A stretch of DNA of 41,928 nucleotides from a virus (lineage: Duplodnaviria > Heunggongvirae > Uroviricota > Caudoviricetes): the IMG/VR virus record IMGVR_UViG_2648501336_000002; one strand, written 5' to 3'. The notes beneath the pieces were generated by a model. It was not told where the DNA came from. It did no database searches and saw only the letters and a list, made by a program, of their open reading frames with translations. Below, piece after piece: positions 19,832 to 29,485 of this stretch. Within the stretch, counting starts at the first letter, position 1, and each line of letters opens with the position of its first letter. Made by a program: the position numbers and the translations under genes.

Positions 19832-21149
19832 TCTCGATGTCCTCGTCGGTAATGGATGCCCCGATGCCGGTTACGTCAGAATTTTCTCGCAAATCAGTCA
19901 TAGCGGCTTTCAGTGTCATCAGACCATCACCCAGCGCTGTACTGATTGCGTTGGTAGTGTTTAACGCCACCGTTGAGCGATCGACATCAGACATTTGCCA
20001 GAGCGGGTTAAACTCAAACGTGAAATCGTCCGGTAGCGGCTTGCCAAGTTCCGAACGATGCATGATGTCCAGTATCCGCCGCACCGGAAGACGTAAACGT
20101 CTCTCCTGCAGCGAGCTTACCCGATCGTAATAGTTGGCAAGGTCTGCATCGCCGGTAGAAAATCCTTTCGGGGACTGTCCGAACAACCGCACCAGTGGGA
20201 TACCAACAGCGCCACTAATCTGTTCTGCAAACTGCGAAAGGATGTCATCCAGACCACTGAAGCTGTACTGATGGGTTTCAAACTTATCCCGCGAGTCCAT
20301 GAGCGTCATGCCTTCATTGCTCTGGAACTGTCGAATCAGGTCGATATTCTTCAGCAACGCTTCATACGCAGGACCACCAAGTGCGATAAGCTCGCGTAGC
20401 TTCTCCACGCTGTAGGTACGCAAATGCGCCTTGTAGACCAGCTGCGCCGCGCCGACAGTAGCGCTATCGAACGCGGTAAGACGATCCCAGATACGCTCTA
20501 CAACCGACATTCCCCATTCGTTCTCGGTCATCTTCTGCTGGAATGGCAGCGTGACGCCATCAAAGCGAATCAGACGACTGTGATGAATGCGCCAGGCAGG
20601 AATTCCCGTTGCTGTGGTCACCACATCGTAAAACTCAGGTTTACCCAGGTCCGGCCCCATATCTTTAATGCGGCGGGTCAGCACTGGGTTAATCATCCAG
20701 CGGTCGAGCGGGAGAATGCCCTTAAACTTGCCTTCTCCAATGGTTTCGAGCCGCAGCGGGGTCATTGGTGCCTGCCCCTCAATCATGATGAAACCCACCG
20801 CGCCGCCATAGAGGCGCGACCATTTCAGCACGTCATTCAGCGCATCCCAGATTTGCAACTCATCCAGTTGTGATTCGAGAATGCCGCGATCTTTTGCATC
20901 AATTTCCGAAGTGATGCGAATGCCTTTGCGGGTCATATCATCTGGGATAGCATCGACCGCTTCGCCGATGATCCAGGACGAACGATAGGACCATTCCACC
21001 AGCATGCGGTTACGACTGGTGAAATTAGCCCGGTAGGTGGATGCTGAGTGCTGGTTAGGTGTCTGCATCCCTACGCGGGCAATAAAATTCTCATAACCAT
21101 CAGCTGTGGCCTGCGCAGTTCGCCGCAGGGCTTGTTTGTTTCGTGCCAT
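19683..21149 (-). CDS. Portal protein
   Basis: 488 aa directly downstream of the large terminase, with an acidic C-terminus. Confidence 0.7.
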   Translation of the reverse strand: MARNKQALRRTAQATADGYENFIARVGMQTPNQHSASTYRANFTSRNRMLVEWSYRSSWIIGEAVDAIPDDMTRKGIRITSEIDAKDRGILESQLDELQIWDALNDVLKWSRLYGGAVGFIMIEGQAPMTPLRLETIGEGKFKGILPLDRWMINPVLTRRIKDMGPDLGKPEFYDVVTTATGIPAWRIHHSRLIRFDGVTLPFQQKMTENEWGMSVVERIWDRLTAFDSATVGAAQLVYKAHLRTYSVEKLRELIALGGPAYEALLKNIDLIRQFQSNEGMTLMDSRDKFETHQYSFSGLDDILSQFAEQISGAVGIPLVRLFGQSPKGFSTGDADLANYYDRVSSLQERRLRLPVRRILDIMHRSELGKPLPDDFTFEFNPLWQMSDVDRSTVALNTTNAISTALGDGLMTLKAAMTDLRENSDVTGIGASITDEDIENAEDEAPPGIGEPDDEPQEPSGGNPVSNQPTQDSAGGRGHRKWSLRWFK

Positions 21150-22771
21150 CAGGCCTGTCTCCCTAGCAGCTCCCAGATGTTCAGGGCTGAATTCATTGGG
21201 GCATAGCTGATCATCACCGAGTCGGCAAGGTTTGGCGACCGGGTTCCATCAGGCTGTTTATCAATAACGATTTTTCCCACACCATTAATGGAATAGGTCG
21301 GCTGCGAAAGCTCGATGATGAGTTTATCTTTGAGTGCCATGCTACTGCTGATTGAGATGATTTCGTCCGGGTTGTAAGCCATACCTTCAACCACGGCGCG
21401 CCAGGTATTCTGAAAAAGTTTACGTAACCGCCACCAGCTCTGGGCTTTGGCGTTAGCGAAGAAGTCCTTGTTCAGACGTGCGGCTTGCCCGTTGTCCCCG
21501 CGAACAGCTTCATCATCCGGATCAAATACCGCGCCACTACCTCGAAACGGTGTGGCAAGTATTGACGGTCGACGCGCAGCGTTACGCAGTTCGTTGATAG
21601 CGCGTGCATCGCCGCGAACGCCAGCGCCCAGCCCGTCCTCGTCAAAGCGAAACTCTTCGAGGTTGTCCTGTTCGCAAAAGCCGAAAACCTTCTCGACGGA
21701 CTGATAAATGTCGCTGCCCACACCGGACCATTCCCGCACATTTTCCAGGAGGAAGCCATGACGGGTGGAAAAGGCATTTTTGTCCCTGCCTTCGTCGGCG
21801 ACATCCATCGCGCCAAGTCGTTTGCCTGTTGGCTGGATACCCAGTTTGATATGCGCATCAACGGCAGCCTGTACCCATTCGGATGGAATCAGAACGCCTT
21901 CCGCTGATGCGCTGTAGTTCAGATCAAGTTCCTGTGCCACCACCACCGGATTATCGATTTTCTCGCATTCCCTGCGATACCACTCTTCATCCTTGCGAGG
22001 ATCATCCCGCCAGTGGAATGTGAATACCGGTATCTTCCCGCCATGACGCTTCTGAGCGAACGGGTTAGCCATGCCGTTAACTGAACTCAGGTCGATACGG
22101 CAACGCGTCGTTTGTGACAACGCCGCATCAATCAGCAGAGGACGCTGAAGGAATGCAGCCTCATCAACCAGATAAAGCGTGGTACGGTCACCACGACCAA
22201 TATTATCGCCAGCCTCGCCTTTGATAACGGCACCAGTTTCAGGAAACTCAACACGCATATATGGCGCGTGCTTCTTCTCACTCCACGAACCGCGAAACTC
22301 TACAGGTAGCGTTTCCACGAACTTGCGTGCCTTCCAGAACAATGCTTTCGGGTCACCAGTGCTGTCGACGTATTCCTCTTTACGGGAGCCGAAACCGATA
22401 ACCATTTCTTTGTTGAAGAGACAAAGCGAGCAGGCCAGTCCGATCGCGGTCCAACTGAGCCCCATTTCACGGGATTTTTCGGTAATACCATTCTCCCGAT
22501 TGCCCCAGCGTTCCATAATCCAGTGGATCCACTCCTCCTGCTTAGGGAAGAGTAAAAACGGAATGGTCACCGGCAGGCCATAATCAATATTACGCGGGTC
22601 CGTTGTCATGCCCCAGTCGATGATGAACTGAGCCGGATTGGTTCGGTAAAACTGCTTCAATACGGGCAATATTTCAGGATTCTGGCGAATGCGCTGTAGG
22701 CGTTCCATCCGCCATTCAAAAACCATCTGGTAATCAGGATGTTTAAAATCGAAGGGGAATGGTAACGGCAT
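21149..22771 (-). CDS. Terminase large subunit
   Basis: 540 aa; ATPase-plus-nuclease architecture and position after the small subunit. Confidence 0.8.
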   Translation of the reverse strand: MPLPFPFDFKHPDYQMVFEWRMERLQRIRQNPEILPVLKQFYRTNPAQFIIDWGMTTDPRNIDYGLPVTIPFLLFPKQEEWIHWIMERWGNRENGITEKSREMGLSWTAIGLACSLCLFNKEMVIGFGSRKEEYVDSTGDPKALFWKARKFVETLPVEFRGSWSEKKHAPYMRVEFPETGAVIKGEAGDNIGRGDRTTLYLVDEAAFLQRPLLIDAALSQTTRCRIDLSSVNGMANPFAQKRHGGKIPVFTFHWRDDPRKDEEWYRRECEKIDNPVVVAQELDLNYSASAEGVLIPSEWVQAAVDAHIKLGIQPTGKRLGAMDVADEGRDKNAFSTRHGFLLENVREWSGVGSDIYQSVEKVFGFCEQDNLEEFRFDEDGLGAGVRGDARAINELRNAARRPSILATPFRGSGAVFDPDDEAVRGDNGQAARLNKDFFANAKAQSWWRLRKLFQNTWRAVVEGMAYNPDEIISISSSMALKDKLIIELSQPTYSINGVGKIVIDKQPDGTRSPNLADSVMISYAPMNSALNIWELLGRQA

Positions 22772-22773
22772 AC

Positions 22774-23346
22774 TTAGCCCATCATTTTTCTATACGCCTC
22801 TGCAGCCTGCTCCGGCGTTAAGTTGGTAATTTCTGTTCTGACGGGTCCTCCATCAGCGCCAGTCACTTCATTTTTGACGTTGTCTTTAAACGCCTGAACA
22901 GAAACATGACGCCCAAGCAACTCAAGGTTTTTAACCTTATCAGGCCACTTAATCTTTTTAAGGATCCCGACCATTTCTCTGTCATCTCCTCGCCCCTCAA
23001 ACATTTCAGCGAGGTTAAATCCACTCAGGTACCGACGCCACGATTCCGGCCACGCAGACAGAGGCTTAATACTTAAATCGTCCTCCAGGATGTCAGCCAC
23101 ATCGAGCCTGTCGATCTCAACCAGTCGCATCAGCACATAATTCGCATCAATGCCCAGTTGATCAATACGCTCCTGCTTTAGCTCGTTAATACGGGCGCGT
23201 ATCTCAGGTTTACCGTATAGTTCAGCCCCCGTAACATGTGCTCGCCTGGAGACGTAGCCTGCGCGAATAGCTGCTTGTGTAGCATTCAGATCGACAAGAA
23301 ACTCGCGACAAAACACCTCGTGTTTTGCTTTCAGCTTCTTAGTCAT
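22774..23346 (-). CDS. Terminase small subunit
   Basis: 190 aa with an N-terminal HTH-like segment, directly upstream of the large subunit. Confidence 0.65.
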   Translation of the reverse strand: MTKKLKAKHEVFCREFLVDLNATQAAIRAGYVSRRAHVTGAELYGKPEIRARINELKQERIDQLGIDANYVLMRLVEIDRLDVADILEDDLSIKPLSAWPESWRRYLSGFNLAEMFEGRGDDREMVGILKKIKWPDKVKNLELLGRHVSVQAFKDNVKNEVTGADGGPVRTEITNLTPEQAAEAYRKMMG

Positions 23347-23407
23347 TTTATTTTCCAGTTATCAGGTCATTATCGAAGCCCCTCCTGGAAGAGCTTCTGT
23401 AATGCTA

Positions 23408-23932
23408 TTACCGGGACTGTTCTATTTGTCGGACACCAGCCAACTGGTTATTCGCCTTCTCGATGGCCGCCAACAGTGGGTTAATCCACAGAACAGCCTG
23501 GCAATATGTCAACGTTCTGGTGGTAGTGGCACGATCACCGGCTGAGTCAATGTCCCCGGAATCGGCGTGCAATGCGCTGGCGCGTAAACGGTTCGCGTAG
23601 TTGAGCAACCCGACAGCAATATCAACAGGAACAGGGAAATCACAGTTCTTTTCACGGAGCAGAACCTCACGGTATTTGATGACTGTCTTCTCGTGACCGA
23701 TGTCGACCAGAGAATTTAATCGGCTTGCGTTTTCTGCTATCTGGTTAAAACGATTGAAGTTTAATGCCTGATTAGCTATCACTTTCCCTTGATATTCAGC
23801 TTCACCTTCCGCTTTATCAGCCCGCAACTTTTCTGCCTGATACTTGCTGTGGTAATGGTTTGCAGACCAGACGAGCGCCCCAAAGGCAGAGAAGAAAAAT
23901 GCCGCGATGACAATCTTATAAGTCAGCTTCAT
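23408..23932 (-). CDS. Rz-like spanin (inner-membrane subunit); embedded Rz1 not verified
   Basis: 174 aa with an N-terminal TM helix, directly after the endolysin. Confidence 0.55.
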   Translation of the reverse strand: MKLTYKIVIAAFFFSAFGALVWSANHYHSKYQAEKLRADKAEGEAEYQGKVIANQALNFNRFNQIAENASRLNSLVDIGHEKTVIKYREVLLREKNCDFPVPVDIAVGLLNYANRLRASALHADSGDIDSAGDRATTTRTLTYCQAVLWINPLLAAIEKANNQLAGVRQIEQSR

Positions 23933-24392
23933 TTACCACCCCACCAGCATCTTTAAACCTGGAAATCAGGTCACCGATTTTATGTTCATACTGACCGTAA
24001 CCTGCACCAGGTAACGACGCCCAGATATTGCTGCAACGGTCGATTGCCTGACGAATATCGCCACGGTCAATCATCGGTAAAGCGCCACGCTCTTTAATCT
24101 GCTGCAGCGCCACAGCGTCCTGACTTTCTGGCGAAAAATCTTTCAGGCCAAGCTGCTTACGGTAGGCATCCCACCAGCGTGAAAGAAGCTGATACCGTCC
24201 TGCGGCTGTTGATTTAAGCTTCGGGTTTAGCGTGACAAGTTTGCGAGGGTGATCGGAGTAATCAGTGAACAACTCACCTCCGACGATAACGTCATAACCG
24301 TGATTACGTGTCGGTTGTCGCCCGTTATCCGTTCCTTCTGACCATGCCACCATATCCAGGAAAGCTTTACGTTGGGAATTTAGTGTCTGCAT
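23916..24392 (-). CDS. R: Endolysin, lambda R-type lytic transglycosylase
   Basis: 158 aa nearly collinear with lambda R as recalled (QRKAFLDMVAWSEGTDNGRQ...GRYQLLSRWWDAYRKQLGLKDFSP). Confidence 0.85.
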   Translation of the reverse strand: MQTLNSQRKAFLDMVAWSEGTDNGRQPTRNHGYDVIVGGELFTDYSDHPRKLVTLNPKLKSTAAGRYQLLSRWWDAYRKQLGLKDFSPESQDAVALQQIKERGALPMIDRGDIRQAIDRCSNIWASLPGAGYGQYEHKIGDLISRFKDAGGVVNEADL

Positions 24393-24395
24393 GAA

Positions 24396-24755
24396 TTACT
24401 CCTTAGAGCCACCAAACTTGTTACCGATTACTCGCATTGCAGCCCCACGAATAGCATCCACACCGATCAGCCCAACACCACCACCAATGGCAACAGAAAG
24501 CGATTTAGGCCATCCAACATACTCAAGAGCGGATGCAAAGGTCAGCGTCAGAGCACCACAGAGCAAAATCTCAAGCGTTTTTCGTTTCCAGCCGCCGCCA
24601 CCGCCAAAATAGGCAATGCGCAAGCCAGCCATAACAATTGACATAACCACTGCGCCCAACGGCGTATCTCCACGCCACCAACTTTGTAAGAGTTCCAGTA
24701 AGTCAGGCCAGGAATGAGGAGCATTGTGCATTTTCATACTTCCCACCTCCGCCAT
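24396..24755 (-). CDS. Holin (S-like), possible dual-start motif
   Basis: 119 aa with TM segments and a charged C-terminus; MAEVGSMKM start region offers alternative Met codons; immediately upstream of the endolysin. Confidence 0.6.
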   Translation of the reverse strand: MAEVGSMKMHNAPHSWPDLLELLQSWWRGDTPLGAVVMSIVMAGLRIAYFGGGGGWKRKTLEILLCGALTLTFASALEYVGWPKSLSVAIGGGVGLIGVDAIRGAAMRVIGNKFGGSKE

Positions 24756-24837
24756 TACGGGGTGTTGTTGAAAGGCGGGCCCTGCGTATACGCCCGTAGG
24801 ATTGGGTTATGAGCCGTCCTTCGGTGGGCCCTGAATA

Positions 24838-24862
24838 CAAAAAAAGTTCGCCATAGCGAACC
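24838..24862 (-). terminator. Rho-independent terminator upstream of the lysis cassette (tR'-like)
   Basis: Minus strand: GTTCGC-TATG-GCGAAC followed by TTTTTTTG, about 85 nt upstream of the holin start and downstream of Q. Confidence 0.45.
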
Positions 24863-25140
24863 TTGTTAAATTTGTTAAAAAAGGAAGTTATTTAACATAA
24901 TGTATGTTATAGGAACCACACGATCACCGCTCGCAATAGATTTGCGATGAAAGGCCTATTTAATCAACTTAAGTGGTCCAGAATGACGAAATTCGAGTGA
25001 ATAAGAGGTGCATAAAAAAGGGCAAAAACTGCATAGCGTTTTTTCGCGACGAAAACCCTGTTTTATTAACTTTTACTGAGAATAGAGCATTAAAAAAGCC
25101 CCAATGATTTGGAGCTCTTCGTTGAGGTCAGAAATTCAAC

Positions 25141-25575
25141 TCATACCAGCGTAGCGCAGTTTTTGCGTAGCGCACTAATACTTTTTTCATCCCTTTGAAT
25201 TTCGACCTCAGGATCCATCTGAAGGCTCACACCCAGCATGCAGAGACACCCCTCAATGAATCCCTCTGCTACCTGCAACTGCTGGCGGATAAATCCTTCA
25301 GAACAGCGACGCCGCCGCCCTATCTCACGTTTGCTTAACCCGTAGACGTAGTACAGCATAATGACGTCCAGTTCCTCAGGCTTACGGACCTGCTGCAGCC
25401 GACAGACGCAAGCATCGATAATCAGGCCATCGTCGTCACAGCAACTCAGCCTGCCAGGCGAGCTGCTGACTACCAGCCCTTTAAATCCCGCCGCTATTGG
25501 AGCCCAGCTCACTGTGGTGTTGCTATCGGCAGCCCATCCACCCCAGCGCTCTAAAACCTGTTGAATATTACGCAT
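25141..25575 (-). CDS. Q: Late-gene antiterminator Q (phage 82/21-type)
   Basis: 144 aa; MRNIQQVLERWGGWAA...CCDDD...YYV pattern matches 82-type Q proteins; located before the late promoter region and lysis genes. Confidence 0.7.
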   Translation of the reverse strand: MRNIQQVLERWGGWAADSNTTVSWAPIAAGFKGLVVSSSPGRLSCCDDDGLIIDACVCRLQQVRKPEELDVIMLYYVYGLSKREIGRRRRCSEGFIRQQLQVAEGFIEGCLCMLGVSLQMDPEVEIQRDEKSISALRKNCATLV

Positions 25576-25639
25576 AGCTCTGACCTCTACGTTTTGCTAC
25601 GAAAAATTTTTCTGAGAACTACGTCTGTTTATCCGTGGG

Positions 25640-25648
25640 TGTGGATAA
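25640..25648 (-). promoter_or_regulatory. Consensus DnaA box (TTATCCACA)
   Basis: Plus strand reads TGTGGATAA; a degenerate inverted partner TTATCCGTG lies at 25629..25637. Confidence 0.4.
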
Positions 25649-25706
25649 CGCAGTTCCGATCCGCATATTGCATGTATCAACATGCAAAAAGTTGCTAATT
25701 CGGAGT

Positions 25707-25893
25707 GGAACCACCTGCCCCCACCTGGAACCACCTTTTCCTAACCTTTCCCTCAATCGACTTATATATATATGGGGTTTCTAGTAGAAAGGCGGTTCCA
25801 GTGGTTCCAGTAGTTCCGCCCCGCTTGCCACAAGGTCTGCAAGGTGGAACCACCTTCTCTTCTAGGTGGTTCCGCGTGGTTCCAGCGGTTCCC
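25707..25893. repeat. Iteron array (GGAACCACC / GGTGGTTCC) with AT-rich spacer: putative phage replication origin
   Basis: Three direct GGAACCACC copies (25707, 25727, 25846) and six GGTTCC-core copies in the opposite orientation in two triplets at 9-10 bp spacing; TATATATATAT at 25764..25774; overlaps the last codons of the primase-helicase gene. Confidence 0.6.
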
Positions 25894-28048
25894 AAACCTT
25901 GCATTTTTTCCCCCCAATTCGCCTTTGGGCACGCTTATACCCGCAATTTTGCAAAACATTACTAATTCGCATTTCTTCGCGTTTTCCGATGCGGTCAGGA
26001 TTTAGCCCAATCGCATCACGCAAAACATCACTTGCGCGTAAAAATTCGCAATTTCGCGGAAGTTCATTAGTCATCAGGTCGGGCGTGTCGAGCCATTTCT
26101 CTACCGTTTCAAGCCAAGCATCCTTGATGGTGTACTGTTCATGGACACTCGCTGCCAGTTGTTCAGCCTCACGGAACTGGATACCCCCCAGACGCTGAAA
26201 CACCTCACGAGCCTCAGCCCAAAGTAAAAGGAGATCTCTTTTTATCGCTTTCACGTCGACTTTCGACACTTCCACGGGGAGCCAGCGACGGTTACCAGTC
26301 TTGTCCGCAAGGAATTCGTCCTCATTAGTGGTACCAACGAACACCAGGCGACGAGGAAACTGGGTGGCGAACTCCCGGTATTTCGGGATCCAGTTTTCGT
26401 GAGTACGCGTCACAAACGCTTTGATTGACTCCAGCTCTTTGGTATTAAGTCCGCGCAGTTCACCAATCTCTGCCACCAGCCGACCACGCATTTTTCGAGC
26501 GAGATCATCGTCTTTTTCGGCAAAAGAGATTTCAGTAAAAAACGCAGGATCAGGGCTCAGTGCCTCCACTCCGGAAGACTTACCGCAGCCCTGCGGACCA
26601 ACGAGGATCGGCACCATATCCGCTTTGATGCCTGGCTCCAGTACTCGCCCCGCCAACGCGGTCCACATGTACATAGACACCGCACGGGTATAAGGCGTGT
26701 CGGCGGTACCGAAGTGCGTATGGTAGAAACATTCGATGCGCGGCACGCCATCCCACTCCAGTCCGTTCAGCCAGGTGATCGCTGAATCGAATGGTTGTTC
26801 ATCGGCTGCAAGTAACACCACATCGCGAATAAGTTCACGGCCAACAGGTTTAAATCCCCGCTTTTCCATCGTGATGCGCAGGCGCGCATAATCCGCATCG
26901 GTGAATGCCCGCCATTGTCCGGATCCTGCCGGGGCAAACATGATTTCGTCGCGGAACTGGTCAAAGCGAATATCGATGTCCACAAAATCAGAGCGTACTA
27001 CTGCTTTGGCTGCATTGCTGATGGTTGCCTCGATACGCCCCCATTTATCACGCTCGAAAGCAGGCAGCGGTAAAGGTTCCGCCACTTCGATGCTGGTCAG
27101 ATCTTCGAAATCGTCGTTGCGGATCCCGATGGCATTCAGGAAATCTCCGTCATCACGATGCGCGCAACTGGCATGCAGGCATTTAAAATGCCCCTGCTCA
27201 AAGCCTGCGGTTCCCGCAGGAAAATAAACTGTGCTTGTTGGATCGCCTCCGCTACTGTGGCCGTCTTCAAACGGACAGCGGATATATCGTTCACCGTTTG
27301 CGCCATCCAGCAGCGTCCAGCCATTGGCATCAAGATATTCAGCTGTATCATCCGTCGCGCCGGGCGTGAATGCTGAACGGTCGCGCATCTTCGTGTTGCC
27401 CGCTTCGGTGGTTACCGACACAGGGAGTTGTTCAGCCAGGCGCTGCCACAGCGTTTCAAGCTGCTCACCTGTAATAGCCGGAGGTTCATCCGGCAAACCA
27501 CCGTCCCATTCAATACGCGCGCCGCTGCTGTGCGTACCACAGGCAACGAACTGCTGCCCGTTCGCCAGCAACTCGATAATGCCCATATCCCCCGCCAGGC
27601 GATGGATACGCTTACGGAAATCACCATCAACGGCCAGCAGATACAGACACTTATTACTGTTTGCTCGCCAGCGTCGCGGCGGCGACTCACCCAGAAGTTG
27701 CACAAGTGTTTTGCGAATATCTGCCTGAATGTCTTCATCTTCGCTATCGCAGTCCAGCGCCAGCCAGCCATGGCCTGTACGCACGCAGATGCCATAATCC
27801 GGTTCATTCGACCAGCGGGCAAAATCATGCTCAGTAACAACATGCCCGGTCCATTGAGCAATACCTGTGACCTGGCGGTCCCGGTTATAGCGACTCGGCG
27901 TCTTACCCAACGCTTTCAATTTACTATCAGGGGATATGGTCGCACTGGGGTTACATACAACTGGGAGAAGATGAGCAGTCCGCCCCAATACCAGGTCGAA
28001 ATGAAACCACTCATCAGGCGTAGCTCCCCATGGTTTGCTATCGGACAT
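25862..28048 (-). CDS. Replication primase-helicase (PrimPol-like N-terminus plus P-loop helicase)
   Basis: 728 aa; acidic LALDCDSEDED motif in the N-terminal half, Walker A VGPQGCGKSS in the C-terminal half; first gene after cro. Confidence 0.7.
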   Translation of the reverse strand: MSDSKPWGATPDEWFHFDLVLGRTAHLLPVVCNPSATISPDSKLKALGKTPSRYNRDRQVTGIAQWTGHVVTEHDFARWSNEPDYGICVRTGHGWLALDCDSEDEDIQADIRKTLVQLLGESPPRRWRANSNKCLYLLAVDGDFRKRIHRLAGDMGIIELLANGQQFVACGTHSSGARIEWDGGLPDEPPAITGEQLETLWQRLAEQLPVSVTTEAGNTKMRDRSAFTPGATDDTAEYLDANGWTLLDGANGERYIRCPFEDGHSSGGDPTSTVYFPAGTAGFEQGHFKCLHASCAHRDDGDFLNAIGIRNDDFEDLTSIEVAEPLPLPAFERDKWGRIEATISNAAKAVVRSDFVDIDIRFDQFRDEIMFAPAGSGQWRAFTDADYARLRITMEKRGFKPVGRELIRDVVLLAADEQPFDSAITWLNGLEWDGVPRIECFYHTHFGTADTPYTRAVSMYMWTALAGRVLEPGIKADMVPILVGPQGCGKSSGVEALSPDPAFFTEISFAEKDDDLARKMRGRLVAEIGELRGLNTKELESIKAFVTRTHENWIPKYREFATQFPRRLVFVGTTNEDEFLADKTGNRRWLPVEVSKVDVKAIKRDLLLLWAEAREVFQRLGGIQFREAEQLAASVHEQYTIKDAWLETVEKWLDTPDLMTNELPRNCEFLRASDVLRDAIGLNPDRIGKREEMRISNVLQNCGYKRAQRRIGGKKCKVWEPLEPRGTT

Positions 28049-28051
28049 GGG

Positions 28052-28252
28052 TTACACCTTTTGTCTAGCTGTCACTTCCTGAAAAAGTTTTTCTATCGCA
28101 CGTACTGTAGAAAAGCGAGGGTCAGAATGAACCCCGGTAAGAAGCCGACTAATAGAAGACTGCTTCACGCCTGCAATTTCGGCAATTTGGTTTTGGGTAT
28201 ACCCTGAATCAATCAAGCTTTTGACCATCTCTTGTGGTGTTAGTCCGGACAT
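28052..28252 (-). CDS. cro: Cro-like HTH regulator
   Basis: 66 aa with HTH (YTQNQIAEIAGVKQSSISRLLTG), divergent from the CI-like gene. Confidence 0.6.
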   Translation of the reverse strand: MSGLTPQEMVKSLIDSGYTQNQIAEIAGVKQSSISRLLTGVHSDPRFSTVRAIEKLFQEVTARQKV

Positions 28253-28392
28253 ATTTAAGTCTCCACTTTCGTCTATAGCGCAATTTATACGAAAACGGAT
28301 TACTCAGCAATACAGCAATTCTATGTCATCCTAGATTAAAATATCCGATAACGCATAATCACCGTCCCTGTATACAACATGGATGAATCCAA
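28253..28392. promoter_or_regulatory. Immunity-region operator/promoter region (OR-like) between divergent cro and cI
   Basis: 140-bp AT-rich intergenic region; contains ATAACGCATAAT (28348..28359), which recurs at the distal promoter at 29167. Confidence 0.5.
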
Positions 28393-29067
28393 ATGATTGA
28401 TACTACCGATATCCTTTCTCAAAACATCAAGTACCTGATGGACAAAGCCAAGATAAGCTCGATAACTGAGCTGGCACGTCGGTTACAGCTGAACCAACCA
28501 ACGCTACACAGGCTGGTATCAGGAGAGGTGAAAGATCCGAAATACGCAACGTTAAAGCAGATCGCCGACTACTTCCACGTGTCACCAATAGACTTGGCAG
28601 AAAGGAGCCTTCAAGAAATGGAGAAAGAGGACGCGACAGGTATAAAAACGTATATTTCTCTTAGGTTTAATAAAGTACCTGTTTTGGGAAACACTCAGCT
28701 AGGCGTTGGAGGACTTTGGAGCGACACCCAATATTCAGTAGGTAGCAGTGATGGTTTCATATACTGGCCGACAAAGGATGAAGATGCATACGCCCTGAAA
28801 TGTGTTGGTGATTCAATGATGCCTAGAATCAAAGAGGGGGAGTTCGTAATCGTCGAACCCAACCACGACTACACTCCTGGTGATGAAGTACTTGTGGTTA
28901 CCCGGGAAGGTGAGGTCATGGTTAAAACCTTCTTGTTCGAACGCGATGGCCTGTTCCATCTAATGTCTGTAAATGAAGATCATCCACCAGTCAGAGTACC
29001 ACGCGAAAACATTGAAAAAATCCATTACGTGGCGGGGATCGCCAAATCCGCGCTACGTATGTACTAA
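28393..29067 (+). CDS. cI: CI-like repressor (HTH plus S24 LexA-type autopeptidase domain)
   Basis: 224 aa; N-terminal HTH and C-terminal GDSM Ser with a downstream Lys (VMVKTF). Confidence 0.8.
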   Translation: MIDTTDILSQNIKYLMDKAKISSITELARRLQLNQPTLHRLVSGEVKDPKYATLKQIADYFHVSPIDLAERSLQEMEKEDATGIKTYISLRFNKVPVLGNTQLGVGGLWSDTQYSVGSSDGFIYWPTKDEDAYALKCVGDSMMPRIKEGEFVIVEPNHDYTPGDEVLVVTREGEVMVKTFLFERDGLFHLMSVNEDHPPVRVPRENIEKIHYVAGIAKSALRMY

Positions 29068-29097
29068 CCTTTACAGTCTGATAACTTACTTCTGATC

Positions 29098-29130
29098 AAA
29101 CCGCTCTCCACAAGGGCGGTTTTCTTATTT
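29098..29130 (+). terminator. Rho-independent terminator after cI
   Basis: AAACCGC-11 nt-GCGGTTT followed by TTTCTTATTT. Confidence 0.55.
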
Positions 29131-29151
29131 GCAAAATAATTCATTTTCGTA

Positions 29152-29180
29152 TTGACACAAAATCCCATAACGCATATAAA
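29152..29180 (+). promoter_or_regulatory. Near-consensus sigma70 promoter overlapped by operator-like motifs (OL/pL-like)
   Basis: TTGACA (29152..29157), 17-nt spacer, TATAAA (29175..29180); the spacer and -10 contain ATAACGCATAT, matching the OR-region motif. Confidence 0.45.
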
Positions 29181-29485
29181 TACGATATCGCATAATTAAT
29201 GCGTTTTTTAATACTGGCTCTTTAACAAACTGAACCGCGTGACAGGTAAGCCGCAGTACTCCTGGCAAAACGAAATAGCACCCGATGGGATCGAGGTAAG
29301 CGCCGAGTCCGTATGCGTACGGTAAGCGTAGAGGACAACACCGCGACAAACTGATAAGTCACGCAAGTTGAAACGCCCCGACGATGGGGCGCTTAGTTCC
29401 TTTTGGGGTGGGGTGAAGATCAGTCCATTGAGTCAATCCGAAGTTCAGCATCTACCACTACACCACCACCAAAGAGAACTGCTAA

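Noticed and set aside
24912-24920. Isolated GGAACCACA copy in the late regulatory region as a second origin
   Set aside because: Single copy with no neighbouring repeats or AT-rich tract; likely chance.
25707-25893. Possible CRISPR array
   Set aside because: Repeats are 9-bp cores in both orientations with irregular short gaps, with no uniform spacers and no cas genes; the pattern fits iterons.
25705-25965. 86-aa plus-strand ORF overlapping the iteron array
   Set aside because: Proline/valine-rich translation produced by the GGAACC repeats; starts at a GTG and overlaps the primase-helicase 3' end. Treated as a repeat artefact.
27428-28207. 259-aa plus-strand ORF
   Set aside because: Lies entirely antisense to the primase-helicase gene, which has clear motifs; shadow ORF.
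29125-29349. 74-aa minus-strand ORF in the cI-distal region
   Set aside because: Spans the promoter-like element and hairpins; Cys/Tyr-rich and implausible. The region is better explained as regulatory or non-coding.
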